Shown: positions 1 through 10,440, numbered from the stretch's first letter. The stretch is DNA of 64,000 nt from PVC group bacterium (GCA_945870225.1 CAMBRF010000009.1:16321-80320); one strand, 5' to 3'. A program made the numbers and translations. Notes: a model not told the origin generated them from the letters alone.

Positions 1-117
1 AGCGCGCTGGACCGTATCCGCTCAGCAATGGAAAGCTTGTTCTTCACGGAGTTCAAAGTACCGCCCGGGCGCCCGGGTGTCCAGACTGGAAAAAAATCAG
101 GGATACCCCCACACCCG

Positions 118-136
118 AATCAGGGATTCCCTGATT
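118..136. promoter_or_regulatory. Perfect 19-bp palindrome aatcagggaTtccctgatt, with a half-site copy (aatcagggata) about 20 bp upstream at 95-105, roughly 100 bp upstream of the tandem-receiver gene; candidate operator
   Basis: Read directly from sequence; symmetric dyad with an adjacent half-site. Confidence 0.3.
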
Positions 137-236
137 GACGAAACACGGGGGGGCTCCTTTAATCAGAAGCATCAGATGAAGGACGGGGAACTTATGCGCC
201 CCTTCAAAAGCCGGGGATCACCTGCAGGAATTCAGC

Positions 237-995
237 ATGACCTATTCACGGGGTATAATCTTACTGGTGGATGATGATCCCGCCATCCTGCTCACCGTAG
301 GGGACCTGTTGCAGTTCAACGGGTATGAAGTGATCAAGGCGTCCACCGCCGAGCAGGCCCTGGATCAGCTATCCCGCCTATCTCCCGATCTGGTCATTCT
401 GGATATCAGTATGCCGGGAATGGGCGGCATGGGATTTCTACGGGAGATTACACACGACAGGGGAAAGCTGAAATATCCCGTTCTCGTCTTTACCGCCCGC
501 GGGGAACTGAACGACTTCTTCACCGGCATGGAGATCGAGGGATTTCTCGCGAAATTCAATAACCCGGAGACCCTTCTGGAAAAGGTCGGCCAGATCATCG
601 ACAAGAAATTCTGCACGCCATCCGAATCCGCCCGGGGCGTGAAAAAGCATCGGGTGCTTCTGGCTGAGGATGACGAAGACATTCGCAACGACCTCCTTAA
701 ACGCCTGCTCTATCACGGGCATGAGGCCTGGGGCGTCGGGAGCGGTTTATCCATTCTTGAGGCCGTTTTCACGCACCGCCCGAGCGTGGTCATGTTGAAG
801 TATATTCTGCCGCACATGAACGGGCCGGCCATTGCCCAAATGCTGGCGGGCATGCCCTCCACGCGCAATATTTCCGTGATTCTCTATGATGACAGCGGGC
901 TCCATTCCCCCTCGGCAACCTTCCCGCATGTGCGGGCCTTTGTGCCCACGGCGGAAGGAAATGCCCTGCTTAAGGCCGTTCAGGAAACGACGTAG
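237..995 (+). CDS. Response regulator with two receiver domains; the second is degenerate (the phospho-acceptor Asp position appears replaced)
   Basis: N-terminal ILLVDDDPAILL...VILDISMPGMGG matches a CheY-like REC domain. The second half, HRVLLAEDDEDIRNDL...VVMLKYILPHMNG, is REC-like but lacks the conserved Asp. No output domain. Confidence 0.7.
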   Translation: MTYSRGIILLVDDDPAILLTVGDLLQFNGYEVIKASTAEQALDQLSRLSPDLVILDISMPGMGGMGFLREITHDRGKLKYPVLVFTARGELNDFFTGMEIEGFLAKFNNPETLLEKVGQIIDKKFCTPSESARGVKKHRVLLAEDDEDIRNDLLKRLLYHGHEAWGVGSGLSILEAVFTHRPSVVMLKYILPHMNGPAIAQMLAGMPSTRNISVILYDDSGLHSPSATFPHVRAFVPTAEGNALLKAVQETT

Positions 996-1004
996 GGGCG
1001 CCGG

Positions 1005-2138
1005 CTAAATCCACTGGCATTTATCACGGACGGCCTGCTTGGGCTGGTCCTCTTCGACCACGCGTTGCCGGGCAATGTTCACCAGGACCCCCACGGCGAT
1101 CATCGACATGAGGAGGCTCGATCCCCCGTAACTGATGAACGGCAGCGGTAGCCCCTTGGTCGGCATGCAGCCCGTGACGACCCCGACATTGATCACCGCC
1201 TGGATCGTCGTCATCAGTGTGAACCCCGTGCCCAATAAGCGCCCGAACAGGTCGGGAGCCTGCAAACTGATCACCAGGCCGCAGATCAGAAACCCGGCGA
1301 AAAGAGCGATGACCATGCAGGTCACCACCAGCCCGAGTTCCTCGCCGATGATGGCGAGAATAAAATCCGTGTGCGCCTCCGGCAGGAAATACTGCTTCTG
1401 AAGACTCTCCCCGAGCCCCACCCCCCAAAACCCTCCCAACGTGAAAGCCTCCATGGATTGGTGCAACTGGTAAGCGGCCGCCGGATATTTTTCCGGCATG
1501 AGGAAGGCCAGAACGCGACCACGCCGCACATCGTCATACAAAATGGCGACGGCAAACCCGATCAATCCCACCGTGCCGCCGCCCAGCAGGTACGGTAACG
1601 GGCTGCCCGCCACAAACAGCAAAGCGCCTCCGACCCCCGCCACCAGCAACGTGGTGCCGAAGTCGGGTTCCAGGAAGATCAGCCCCACCATGACGACCAG
1701 CATCACACCGGGTTTCAGGATGCCATCCAGAAAAGTTGACGCCCTGCGCCCGACGCGCGTCGTCCAGGCACTGAGCATGATAACCACCGCGAATTTCGCC
1801 AGTTCCGAGGGCTGAAAACTGACAACGCCTATTTTGAGCCAGCGCCTGCTCCCCCCGATCCTGTAACCAATATGAGGAATCAACACCAGAACCAGCAGGG
1901 CGGCAGCCATCACCGCAAGGGGAATCCAGTACTCACGCCACTTGTGATAATCTACCGAAGCGGTGACCAATCCAGCCACCAGAGCCACCGCCAGCCACGC
2001 CATCTGGCGTTTCAGGAAGTAGCTCGGGTCATTGTGAGCATCGACCCCTTTAACAGAACTGGCGCTGGCCAACATAACGATGCCCAGCGCCAGCAACAAG
2101 AGGACGATACCCACCAGGATGGTGGGTGTCTTCCACAT
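1005..2138 (-). CDS. ftsW: Peptidoglycan glycosyltransferase / lipid II flippase FtsW (SEDS family)
   Basis: 10-TM protein with FtsW/RodA motifs (GESLQKQYFLPEAHTDFI, GLPLPFISYGGSSLL); last gene of the dcw cluster. Confidence 0.85.
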   Translation of the reverse strand: MWKTPTILVGIVLLLLALGIVMLASASSVKGVDAHNDPSYFLKRQMAWLAVALVAGLVTASVDYHKWREYWIPLAVMAAALLVLVLIPHIGYRIGGSRRWLKIGVVSFQPSELAKFAVVIMLSAWTTRVGRRASTFLDGILKPGVMLVVMVGLIFLEPDFGTTLLVAGVGGALLFVAGSPLPYLLGGGTVGLIGFAVAILYDDVRRGRVLAFLMPEKYPAAAYQLHQSMEAFTLGGFWGVGLGESLQKQYFLPEAHTDFILAIIGEELGLVVTCMVIALFAGFLICGLVISLQAPDLFGRLLGTGFTLMTTIQAVINVGVVTGCMPTKGLPLPFISYGGSSLLMSMIAVGVLVNIARQRVVEEDQPKQAVRDKCQWI

Positions 2139-2140
2139 TA

Positions 2141-2983
2141 TTATTCAACAGGGGGCGGAATCTTGATCGTCTGACCCACCCGCACGTCCGGAGACGTCAG
2201 GCTGTTGAGACGGATGATTTCCTCCGCGCGCACGCCGTACATCATGGCAATCGAGTTCAAATCCTGGTTCGGCTCGACCACATGCAGCACTTCGTTCGAC
2301 TTCGGAGCAACCACCGGGGCCACGGCATCGGAAGCACCAACCACCGGAGCCACGGCCATCTCATCAACCGGAGCCGGGCTGCCTTCTGTTGCCGCCACTT
2401 CCGGAGCGCTCACCGCCGCCGTACCCTTGGGCATCGCCAGCTTCTGGCCAATGCTGATCCGGTCGCTGGTCATGCTGTTAACCTGCTTGATCGCCTTGAC
2501 CGTCGTCTTGTGACGATAGGCAATGCCGCCCAGTGAATCGCCCGACACCACGGTGTACGAGCTACCGCCGGCCACGGCTGCGGGGGCCGCCTTGCGAGCC
2601 TTCCGTACCGGTTCCGGGGCATTCAGATTCACGTAACCGGGAAGCGTCAGCTTCTGGCCGATCCGGACCTTGTTCGGATCGCTGATCTTGTTGAGCTTCA
2701 TCAGGTCAGCGCGGGAAACATTGAAACGCTTCGCGATCACCGACAGGCTGTCGCCCGATTTCACCTTGTACGTCTTGGTCGACAACTCACGGGCCGGCGG
2801 AAGATCCATCTTCGGCGCAGGCGGCGGCATCACCACAGGCGGCTCAACCGGGGGCATGACCACAACCGGCACTTCCGCCGGAGGCGCCTGCTTCGTCGTT
2901 CCGCACCCACCACTCAACATCAACGCACCCACCATCACGCCATGTACCGCCACGATCGATCCGATTGCCCATACTTTTTTCAC
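2141..2983 (-). CDS. LysM-domain lipoprotein (three LysM repeats) inserted between murD and ftsW
   Basis: Signal peptide with lipobox (LSGGC); three LysM motifs (YKVKSGDSLSVIAKRF..., YTVVSGDSLGGIAYRH..., HVVEPNQDLNSIAMMYGV...). Confidence 0.8.
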   Translation of the reverse strand: MKKVWAIGSIVAVHGVMVGALMLSGGCGTTKQAPPAEVPVVVMPPVEPPVVMPPPAPKMDLPPARELSTKTYKVKSGDSLSVIAKRFNVSRADLMKLNKISDPNKVRIGQKLTLPGYVNLNAPEPVRKARKAAPAAVAGGSSYTVVSGDSLGGIAYRHKTTVKAIKQVNSMTSDRISIGQKLAMPKGTAAVSAPEVAATEGSPAPVDEMAVAPVVGASDAVAPVVAPKSNEVLHVVEPNQDLNSIAMMYGVRAEEIIRLNSLTSPDVRVGQTIKIPPPVE

Positions 2984-4335
2984 GCCAAGCCTCCTCTTTC
3001 AATCTCGTTTACAATGTTCAAAAACTGTTCGCCACGATCCTCAAAACTCTTAAACTGGTCAAAACTCGCACAACCCGGGGAAAGTAAAATTACCTCTCCT
3101 GATACGGCCTCCTTCCAGGCTTCATGAATGGCCTCCTTCAAGCCCGCACACATACAGCACGAAACGGCGTCTTGCCACGCCGAGGCCATGACCTGCGAAT
3201 ATTTACCGATAAGATAGACACGCTTCACCCGATTGACCAGTATTTTTTTTACCGGTTCTAAATCTTTTTCTTTCAGCAGTCCCCCGGCGATCAACCGCAC
3301 GGGTCCCTTCGCCATACGGATCCCCGCCTCCATGGCGGCCAGATTCGTGGCCTTGGAGTCATTAATGAACGTCACACCCCCGAGCGTGGCGGCCGTCTGC
3401 ATCCGGTGGGGCAGGCGCTCGAACGCCGCCGCCGCCGTCCCGACATGCTGCGGAGCCACGCCGCACCCCGCCAGCGCCGCGACACACGCCGACGCCGTCA
3501 GCCCCATGATGCCGTTGTCAAACGCGGTTCCTGCCACCGATACAGGTTCCGCCAGATAACGACTCTGAATCCGTCCACCCTCGTAACGGTAATCCGCGCC
3601 CGGACCCGCGCCGAACGTCCGGATGTTACACAATGAGGGAATGGCCGCGCGGACGGCCGCCGGCGCGTCCAACGGAAGCACCGCCGTCTGGCCCGCCGTC
3701 ATGCGGGCAAACAACCGCGCCTTGGCGGCCTGATAGCCTTCCATCGTCCCGTGCCGGTCCAGGTGATTGGGATTGAGGTTGAGCAGAATCCCCACCTCCG
3801 GGGCAAACCGGTCCACGGTCTCCAATTGAAAGGAACTGACCTCGGCGACAATCCAGTCGGGCACGGGTCGCTGCCGCGCCAGCGCGGAGACCGGGATCCC
3901 GTAATTCCCGCCCGCCACGGCGTTCAGCCCCGCTTTTTCCAAGGCCTCCCGGCACAATTTCACCAGGGTGCTCTTGCCGTTGGAACCCGTCACCGCCAGC
4001 ATCCGGCTGGAAGCGTAACGCCAACCCAGCTCAAGTTCGGACAGGATGGGCAGCCCCCGTTGCCGTGCCTGCCGCACCGCCGCATCCGTCAGGGGAATCC
4101 CCGGACTGATCACGCCGAGGTCAAACTCTCCCGGCGGCAGATCGCGGCTCCCGGTGTGGACGGTGACCCCTTCGGCCCTCAACGCCGCAGCTCGCGCCTC
4201 GATCGCGGGGGAGCCCCCCGCATCCATGATGGTCACGCGCACGCCCCGTTCCTGCAATAGCCGGGCGGCGGCTTCGCCGCTGGCGCCCAGCCCCATGATC
4301 AGGGCCGCTTGACAGGTGGGAACATCGTGAGTCAT
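2980..4335 (-). CDS. murD: UDP-N-acetylmuramoyl-L-alanine--D-glutamate ligase MurD
   Basis: Mur ligase motifs (VTGSNGKSTLVKL, DSKATN). The ORF extends to 4431, but the ATG at 4333-4335 (MTHDVPT) removes the overlap with mraY. Confidence 0.85.
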   Translation of the reverse strand: MTHDVPTCQAALIMGLGASGEAAARLLQERGVRVTIMDAGGSPAIEARAAALRAEGVTVHTGSRDLPPGEFDLGVISPGIPLTDAAVRQARQRGLPILSELELGWRYASSRMLAVTGSNGKSTLVKLCREALEKAGLNAVAGGNYGIPVSALARQRPVPDWIVAEVSSFQLETVDRFAPEVGILLNLNPNHLDRHGTMEGYQAAKARLFARMTAGQTAVLPLDAPAAVRAAIPSLCNIRTFGAGPGADYRYEGGRIQSRYLAEPVSVAGTAFDNGIMGLTASACVAALAGCGVAPQHVGTAAAAFERLPHRMQTAATLGGVTFINDSKATNLAAMEAGIRMAKGPVRLIAGGLLKEKDLEPVKKILVNRVKRVYLIGKYSQVMASAWQDAVSCCMCAGLKEAIHEAWKEAVSGEVILLSPGCASFDQFKSFEDRGEQFLNIVNEIERGGLA

Positions 4336-4343
4336 GACCGAAG

Positions 4344-5444
4344 CTACCGAATTTTCAGTGTCGCAATCCCCAGCAGGGCGAAAAGAATCGACAGGATCCA
4401 GAAGCGGATGGTGACCTGGGTCTCGCTCCATTTACGCAACTCGAAATGATGATGAATCGGGGCCATGGCAAAAATCCGCTTACCCCTCAACTTGAACGAG
4501 GCCACTTGGAGAATGACGCTCATCGCCTCCATGACGAACACGCCGCCCACGATCACCAGCACCAGTTCCTGCTTGGTGAGAATCGCCACCATGGCCAGGG
4601 CGCCGCCCAGGGCCAGACTGCCGGTATCGCCCATGAACACCTGGGCCGGGTGGCAGTTGTACCAGAGGAACCCCAGGCACCCGCCCAACAGGCAGCCACA
4701 AAAAACGGTCAGTTCGCCACAGCCGGGCACATAAGGGACAAACAGATATTCGGCAAAGGGCCGATGCCCGGCCACATAGGCCATCACCAGGTAGGCCAGG
4801 GCCACGGAACTGCTGCAGCCGATCGCCAGCCCGTCGAGGCCATCGGTCAGGTTGACGGCATTGGAGGCCCCGACCACAATCAACGTGATGAAAATCAGCG
4901 TCAGAACAATGCCCATGTCCACCACGGCGGGCGCCTTGAGAAACGGCACCATCAACTCGCGCACCTGCATTCGGGTTTCCGGCAGCCAGAGCAGAACCGC
5001 GCCAATCACCAACGCCCACAGGACCTGGAGTTTGAATTTGGCCCGGGCACTGAGCCCGGCGGCGCTCTTGCCCTTCAACTTGGCCGAGTCATCCATGCAA
5101 CCCACCGCCCCCATGAAGATGAAGGTGGACAAGGTGAGCCAGATAAAGGAACTGGTGGGTCTGGCCCACAACAGGGTGGACAGGGTCACGGACCCGATGA
5201 TCAGAAGGCCGCCCATCGTCGGGGTGCCCTCTTTTTTCCCATGCAGGACATGGAGTGGCGGGGCCTCCTCCTTGCGGACGTACTGCTGAACCTTGAGCCG
5301 TTTCAGTTGCCGGATCAGCCAGGGGCCAAGGATGACACTGAGCAGAAACGCGGTGGCCGCCCCACCCAGGGTGCGGACCGTGATGTATTTAAAGACGCGC
5401 AGTTCGGAGATCCAAAACCCGAGAAGATGCAAATAGTACAGCAT
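4344..5444 (-). CDS. mraY: Phospho-N-acetylmuramoyl-pentapeptide transferase MraY
   Basis: Polytopic membrane protein with MraY signature stretches (MGDTGSLALGG, NAVNLTDGLDGLA). Confidence 0.9.
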   Translation of the reverse strand: MLYYLHLLGFWISELRVFKYITVRTLGGAATAFLLSVILGPWLIRQLKRLKVQQYVRKEEAPPLHVLHGKKEGTPTMGGLLIIGSVTLSTLLWARPTSSFIWLTLSTFIFMGAVGCMDDSAKLKGKSAAGLSARAKFKLQVLWALVIGAVLLWLPETRMQVRELMVPFLKAPAVVDMGIVLTLIFITLIVVGASNAVNLTDGLDGLAIGCSSSVALAYLVMAYVAGHRPFAEYLFVPYVPGCGELTVFCGCLLGGCLGFLWYNCHPAQVFMGDTGSLALGGALAMVAILTKQELVLVIVGGVFVMEAMSVILQVASFKLRGKRIFAMAPIHHHFELRKWSETQVTIRFWILSILFALLGIATLKIR

Positions 5445-5445
5445 G

Positions 5446-6831
5446 TTACTTACCTGATCCTTGTTCCAGCCGGGCGACCACCTCTTCCAGATGCCGGCCC
5501 CGCGAGGCCTTCACCAGCACCCCATCGCCGGGGCGTATCCGTTCCAACAGACAGCCCGCCGCCTCATCCGTTGTGTGACACTTGAAAATCATTCCGGCCG
5601 CCATGCCGGATTCCATCGCGCCGTCCGCGATTTGCCCGCCCAGTCCTCCCACGGTGATAAGCCCCGCCCAGGAATGCCCCCCCACCAGCCGCCCGAGGGC
5701 CGCATGTTCCTCAACACCCGTCGGACCAAGCTCCAGCATATCCCCCAGCACCAACCATTTCCGTCCGGCCACGTCCAGTTCCTCGAACGTCCGGAGGGCG
5801 GCACGCATGCTGACGGGGTTGGCATTATACGCATCATTGATCACCGTGACACCCTGAATCTCGCGGCGTTCCCAGCGCATGGGCGGCGGCACAAACCGCA
5901 GCAGGGCTTCCCCAATCGCCGTCCAGGCGACGTCGAAACCCCGTGCCACCGCAATCGCCAGCAGAAGATTGTGCCGGTTGTGGGCGCCCGGCAACGACAG
6001 GTGGACCGTGACCCGGTCACCGGTCGCCTTTTCCATGATGGTGCATTCACCGAGCCGGGGGTCCTCCCGCACCAGCGTGTAATCGGCTTCGCCCCGCAGG
6101 GAGGTCGTCACGACCCGACACGGCGCCATTCCGGTCAACAGCCCGGCATGCGGCTCATCGCGGCTCAGCACGGCCACCCCGGCGGCAGGCAGATGACTGA
6201 ACAGCCGGCCCTTCTCGCGGGCAATGGCCTCGACGGTTTCAAAGAACTCCAGGTGCACCGGCCCAACATTGGTGATCACGCCCCAATCCGGCCCGGCAAT
6301 GCGGCACAGCGGGTCCATTTCGCCGGGATGGCTGATCCCGAGTTCCAGCACACCCGCGCGCGTATCGTCCGCCATGGCCAGCAGGCTCAGCGGCAGACCG
6401 ATCTCGTTGTTCCAGTTCCCCCGGGTCCGGGCGGTGGGCAGGGTGGTTTCCAGCAACGCGGCGATCAATTCCTTGACCGTCGTTTTCCCCGTACTCCCCG
6501 TAACCCCGACAATGGTTGGCGCCAGCCGGCGCCGGTAGCCCGCCGCGAGGTCGCGCAGGGCCAGCGCCGGATCCCTCACCACCAGCAACGGGACCGCCCC
6601 GGCCAATTCCCCTGCCCGCGCCGCGCTCACCAGGGCGCCGGCGGCATCGTTCGCAGCGGCCTGACGTACAAAATCGTGCCCGTCCACCCGGGTTCCTCCC
6701 AGGGCCACAAACAGCGCGCCGGGCCCGGCATTCCGGGCATCGTGGACAACGGAGGTGATCGCGAGGGGGGCGTGCGGCAACCATTCTCCGCCACACCACC
6801 GGGCCAGTTCCAGGGGATCAAAGCGCGGCAT
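5446..6831 (-). CDS. murF: UDP-N-acetylmuramoyl-tripeptide--D-alanyl-D-alanine ligase MurF
   Basis: Mur ligase P-loop GVTGSTGKTTVKE and DAYNANP motif; position in the dcw cluster. Confidence 0.85.
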   Translation of the reverse strand: MPRFDPLELARWCGGEWLPHAPLAITSVVHDARNAGPGALFVALGGTRVDGHDFVRQAAANDAAGALVSAARAGELAGAVPLLVVRDPALALRDLAAGYRRRLAPTIVGVTGSTGKTTVKELIAALLETTLPTARTRGNWNNEIGLPLSLLAMADDTRAGVLELGISHPGEMDPLCRIAGPDWGVITNVGPVHLEFFETVEAIAREKGRLFSHLPAAGVAVLSRDEPHAGLLTGMAPCRVVTTSLRGEADYTLVREDPRLGECTIMEKATGDRVTVHLSLPGAHNRHNLLLAIAVARGFDVAWTAIGEALLRFVPPPMRWERREIQGVTVINDAYNANPVSMRAALRTFEELDVAGRKWLVLGDMLELGPTGVEEHAALGRLVGGHSWAGLITVGGLGGQIADGAMESGMAAGMIFKCHTTDEAAGCLLERIRPGDGVLVKASRGRHLEEVVARLEQGSGK

Positions 6832-6836
6832 ACGGG

Positions 6837-8309
6837 TTATACCGCCTCCTTCCGCAACAAATTCCGCGCCACCACCCGGTCGTCAAAGGGCACGATCGTA
6901 TTGGCAAATTCCTGCGTGCTTTCATGGCCCTTGCCGGCGATGAGAATTACGTCGCCGTCACGGGCTTTCCCGAAGGCGGCGGCAATCGCGGCGGCGCGGT
7001 CCTCGACCACTTCGCCGCCCGCCCACCCTTCAAAGCCGGCCCGCACCTCCTCGATGATCTGCAGGGGGGCTTCACGCCGGGGATTGTCCGACGTCACCAC
7101 CGCCAGATCCGCCAGTTCCGCCACCACTTTCCCCATCAGCGGACGCTTGGAGTGATCCCGGTTTCCGCCGCACCCGAACACGACGATCAGGCGGCCCTCC
7201 GTAAATGTCCTGAGGGTTTTCAGCACGTTGGACATGGCGTCGTCCGTGTGCGCGTAGTCCACAAACACCCGCCATCCGCGACCGGTCGGGACTTCCTCCA
7301 GCCGGCCGGGCACGGTCCGGCACTTGGCCAGCACCTCAACCACCAGCCGCTCGTCAACGCCCAGAGCGCGGGCCGCCGTGTAGGCGGCCAGGGCATTTTC
7401 GACATTATACCGCCCCAGCAGCTCGAGACGGAGGCGACTTTCCCCCCATGGGCTCACAATCCGAAAGCGGCTCCCCTGCCGGTCGTAGACCACGTCCAGC
7501 GCACGCACCGAGGCCTCGTGGTCGATCCCCAAGGTCACGATTTCAGCGGTGATCGCGGGATCGGCGGCCAGACGGCGGCCGTACGGATCGTCGACATTGA
7601 TCACGGCGGCCGGCTTTTTCGCCCGGCGACCCAGCCCCAGAAACAACTTGCGCTTCGCCTCGTAATAACCGTCCATGGTCTTGTGATAGTCGAGATGATC
7701 GCGCGTCAGGTTGGTGAAGACCGCCACATCGAAATCGAGCCCGAACACCCGGTCCTGATCGAGCGCATGGGACGACACCTCCATCACCGCGCTCCCGCAA
7801 CCGGCATGCCGCATCTGATCCAGCAGGGCGTGGATATCCGGGGCCTCCGGGGTCGTGCGGCTGGCGGGAATGATGCGGGCGCCGACCTCATACTGGACCG
7901 TCCCGATCAACCCCGGGATCAGACCGGCCGCCGCGAGAATGTCCCGCAGCATGAACGTGGTGGTGGTCTTGCCGTTGGTCCCCGTGACGCCGACCAGTCG
8001 CAACCGGGCGTCGGGATGGTCATAAAAGGCCGCCGCCGCCTCGGCCAGGGCCCGCCGGGCGCCCTCCACCTGGACATGGGTGGCCTCACGGGATGAAAAA
8101 CGGGCCTGCTGCGACACGACGACGCCGGCCCCGCGCCGGAGGGCGTCCTCCGTGAAATCCATGCCGTCGCGATGCTCACCCGGCACGGCCACGAACAGGA
8201 AGCCTGGCTTCACCTGGCGTGAATCGTAGGCCACACCGGTCACCTGGACGTCGCGGTTGCCGCGGACCCCCAGGTGGGCCACGTTCTTCAAGAGTTCATC
8301 CAGTTTCAT
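6837..8309 (-). CDS. murE: UDP-N-acetylmuramoyl-L-alanyl-D-glutamate--2,6-diaminopimelate ligase MurE
   Basis: VGVTGTNGKTTTT P-loop and DYAHTDDA motif; position in the dcw cluster. Confidence 0.85.
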   Translation of the reverse strand: MKLDELLKNVAHLGVRGNRDVQVTGVAYDSRQVKPGFLFVAVPGEHRDGMDFTEDALRRGAGVVVSQQARFSSREATHVQVEGARRALAEAAAAFYDHPDARLRLVGVTGTNGKTTTTFMLRDILAAAGLIPGLIGTVQYEVGARIIPASRTTPEAPDIHALLDQMRHAGCGSAVMEVSSHALDQDRVFGLDFDVAVFTNLTRDHLDYHKTMDGYYEAKRKLFLGLGRRAKKPAAVINVDDPYGRRLAADPAITAEIVTLGIDHEASVRALDVVYDRQGSRFRIVSPWGESRLRLELLGRYNVENALAAYTAARALGVDERLVVEVLAKCRTVPGRLEEVPTGRGWRVFVDYAHTDDAMSNVLKTLRTFTEGRLIVVFGCGGNRDHSKRPLMGKVVAELADLAVVTSDNPRREAPLQIIEEVRAGFEGWAGGEVVEDRAAAIAAAFGKARDGDVILIAGKGHESTQEFANTIVPFDDRVVARNLLRKEAV

Positions 8310-10057
8310 GGCGTGACACGGGCTTGGGAGGCAATGGCCGACCGGTCCTCGATGGCGGGACCCGGCGGAAGAAGGCCCAGATAACGCGCCGCCTGTTCGG
8401 CGACCTCGCCGAAAACCGGCGCCGAAACGATTCCCCCGGTATGCAGGGGCTGGGGCTCATCCATCACGACGATCATGCCGAATTCAGGATCGTCCGCCGG
8501 CATGAACCCGACAAACGACGCCATGTAGTCCGTCTCCGAATAATGGCCCTTGACCGGTTTCTGGGCGGTCCCTGTTTTACCGGCCACCTTGAATCCCTCC
8601 ACCGCCGCCTTGGTGCCCGTCCCGCCGGGCTCGGTGACGTGCGCCAGAATCTCCCGCATCACGGCCGCCGTGTCGCTCCGGATACACCGGCCCAGCGCCT
8701 GCGGTTCGTGGCGGACCAGCACGGTGCCGTTGGGGGAGACGACCTCCTTGATGACATAGGGCCGCATCATGATGCCGTCATTGGCGATGCCGCACATGAT
8801 GCCCAGCATCTGGAGCGGGGTGACGGCCACACCCTGCCCGATCGCGATCCGGCTCGAACTGATGGAGGACCATTTCGAGGCCGGGGCCAGGATGCCCCCC
8901 TCCTCGCCCGGCAGATCGATGCCCAGGCGGCTCCCGATATTGAACCCGCGCAGATAGCGATCCAGGCGTTCGTCACCGAGCATGATGGCAATCTTTGCAG
9001 CCCCGATGTTGCTCGATTTCTTGATGATGTCCGCGACATTCAACTGCGAATACGGATGGTAATCACGCAGCACTTTTTTCTGGTAAAGCCACCGCCCGTT
9101 CTCCGTGTTGAACATGGTCGTGGGTGTCACGATGCCCTCGTTCAGGGCGGCGGCAATGACGGCCACCTTGAACGTCGAACCCGGTTCATAAACATAACCG
9201 ATGGCGCGGTTGAGTTTCTGCTCATCCGTCGCGGAGCGGAAGTCGTTCGGGTTGAATCCCGGCCGGTTCACCATCGCCAGAATTTCACCGGTTCGAACGC
9301 GCTGGATGATGGCGGAGGCCGCCTTGGCCCGGTGCTTCTCCATGGCGGCATCGATCGATTTTTCGAGCATGTACTGCAGGTTCTGGTCGATGGTCAGCAC
9401 CACATCGGCCCCGTCGCGGGGCTGAATCTCCTGGATGCGGCGGTCCAGCATCTCGCGCCGCCGGCCGTCCAGCTGGCTCTCCAGCAGGCCGGGTGTCCCC
9501 TTAAGATACTTGTCCATGCACTGTTCGATGCCCCAGGACCCGACACCGTCGTGATTTACAAACCCCAGAATATGGCAGAGCATTTCCCCCTGGGGATACG
9601 AACGGGTGGTGGTGTCCGACAAGTGGATACCCGGCAGTTTCAGCCGGGCCACGGCGTCGGCCTGTTCATCCGGGACGTACCGGGCGAGATAGACGAAACG
9701 ACGCCGCTCCTGATTCATCAGGGTGGCTGTCTCCGTCGGGTTCAGACCCAACACGGCGGCGACCTGGGACGCCACCACGCCGACCTTGTTGCTGGCGATC
9801 AGCACCGACGGGTCAGCCCAGACGTCCTTGGCCCCGACATTCGCCGCGAGAATATTGGCGGAGGGGCCACCGTCCAGGATCCGGCCCCGGGGAACCGCCA
9901 ACGTCTCCTTATACGTCCGGGTCTTGGAAGACATCGAGCGGGATTGCTCCCCCGCCCCAAGGTGCAGGAAAACAAGACGAACCGCCAGCCCCGTCATCGC
10001 CAGACTCAGCATGATGGCGAGGACGAAATATCTGGCCGATCCATGTTTCTCAGTCAT
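8306..10057 (-). CDS. ftsI: Peptidoglycan D,D-transpeptidase FtsI (class B PBP)
   Basis: N-terminal TM anchor, PBP dimerisation region and transpeptidase motifs (STFK, SSN, KTGT); position in the dcw cluster. Confidence 0.85.
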   Translation of the reverse strand: MTEKHGSARYFVLAIMLSLAMTGLAVRLVFLHLGAGEQSRSMSSKTRTYKETLAVPRGRILDGGPSANILAANVGAKDVWADPSVLIASNKVGVVASQVAAVLGLNPTETATLMNQERRRFVYLARYVPDEQADAVARLKLPGIHLSDTTTRSYPQGEMLCHILGFVNHDGVGSWGIEQCMDKYLKGTPGLLESQLDGRRREMLDRRIQEIQPRDGADVVLTIDQNLQYMLEKSIDAAMEKHRAKAASAIIQRVRTGEILAMVNRPGFNPNDFRSATDEQKLNRAIGYVYEPGSTFKVAVIAAALNEGIVTPTTMFNTENGRWLYQKKVLRDYHPYSQLNVADIIKKSSNIGAAKIAIMLGDERLDRYLRGFNIGSRLGIDLPGEEGGILAPASKWSSISSSRIAIGQGVAVTPLQMLGIMCGIANDGIMMRPYVIKEVVSPNGTVLVRHEPQALGRCIRSDTAAVMREILAHVTEPGGTGTKAAVEGFKVAGKTGTAQKPVKGHYSETDYMASFVGFMPADDPEFGMIVVMDEPQPLHTGGIVSAPVFGEVAEQAARYLGLLPPGPAIEDRSAIASQARVTP

Positions 10058-10439
10058 TCATCACAATCCTGTCAACTCGCGCCAACCGTCCCCCGGGCCG
10101 GGGTTCCGGCCCCATCAGGGTATCGATGGATCCATCCGCGCGCATACGCACAATCTGATCGCGACTGGGCCACGTCATCACCAGCCCGTGCTCCTTCAGG
10201 GCCTTCTCGACATTGGCCGGCGATTGCAGCCGGGCCCATTCGCACTGCTCCTTGATGACTTTTTCGCGCAGCTGATCGCGCTGGGCCTCAAGCTTTTTGA
10301 TCTCATGCCCCAATGCGGAGGTCCGGCTTTGTACGCACACGTAAATCAGGCTTACCCCCGCAACCGCCATCAGAACCAGGGCGAGCCGGGCCGGGAACAT
10401 GAGTCCAGTCTGTGTCTTCTTCCGATTACGTCGTGCCAT
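10050..10439 (-). CDS. ftsL: FtsL-like cell division protein (single TM plus coiled coil)
   Basis: 129 aa with one N-terminal TM helix and the heptad-rich stretch LGHEIKKLEAQRDQLREKVIKEQ; lies between rsmH and ftsI. Confidence 0.5.
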   Translation of the reverse strand: MARRNRKKTQTGLMFPARLALVLMAVAGVSLIYVCVQSRTSALGHEIKKLEAQRDQLREKVIKEQCEWARLQSPANVEKALKEHGLVMTWPSRDQIVRMRADGSIDTLMGPEPRPGGRLARVDRIVMND

Positions 10440-10440
10440 A

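Noticed and set aside
5461-7155. 564-aa plus-strand ORF antisense to murF/murE
   Set aside because: Pro/Arg/Gly-rich low-complexity translation typical of the reverse frame of GC-rich genes. The opposite strand carries unambiguous Mur ligase motifs
8219-10255. 678-aa plus-strand ORF antisense to ftsI
   Set aside because: The same applies to 9723-11021, 10399-11529 and 11958-13337, which are antisense to ftsI/ftsL/rsmH/mraZ/Gfo-Idh. No domain signatures; composition is a high-GC artefact
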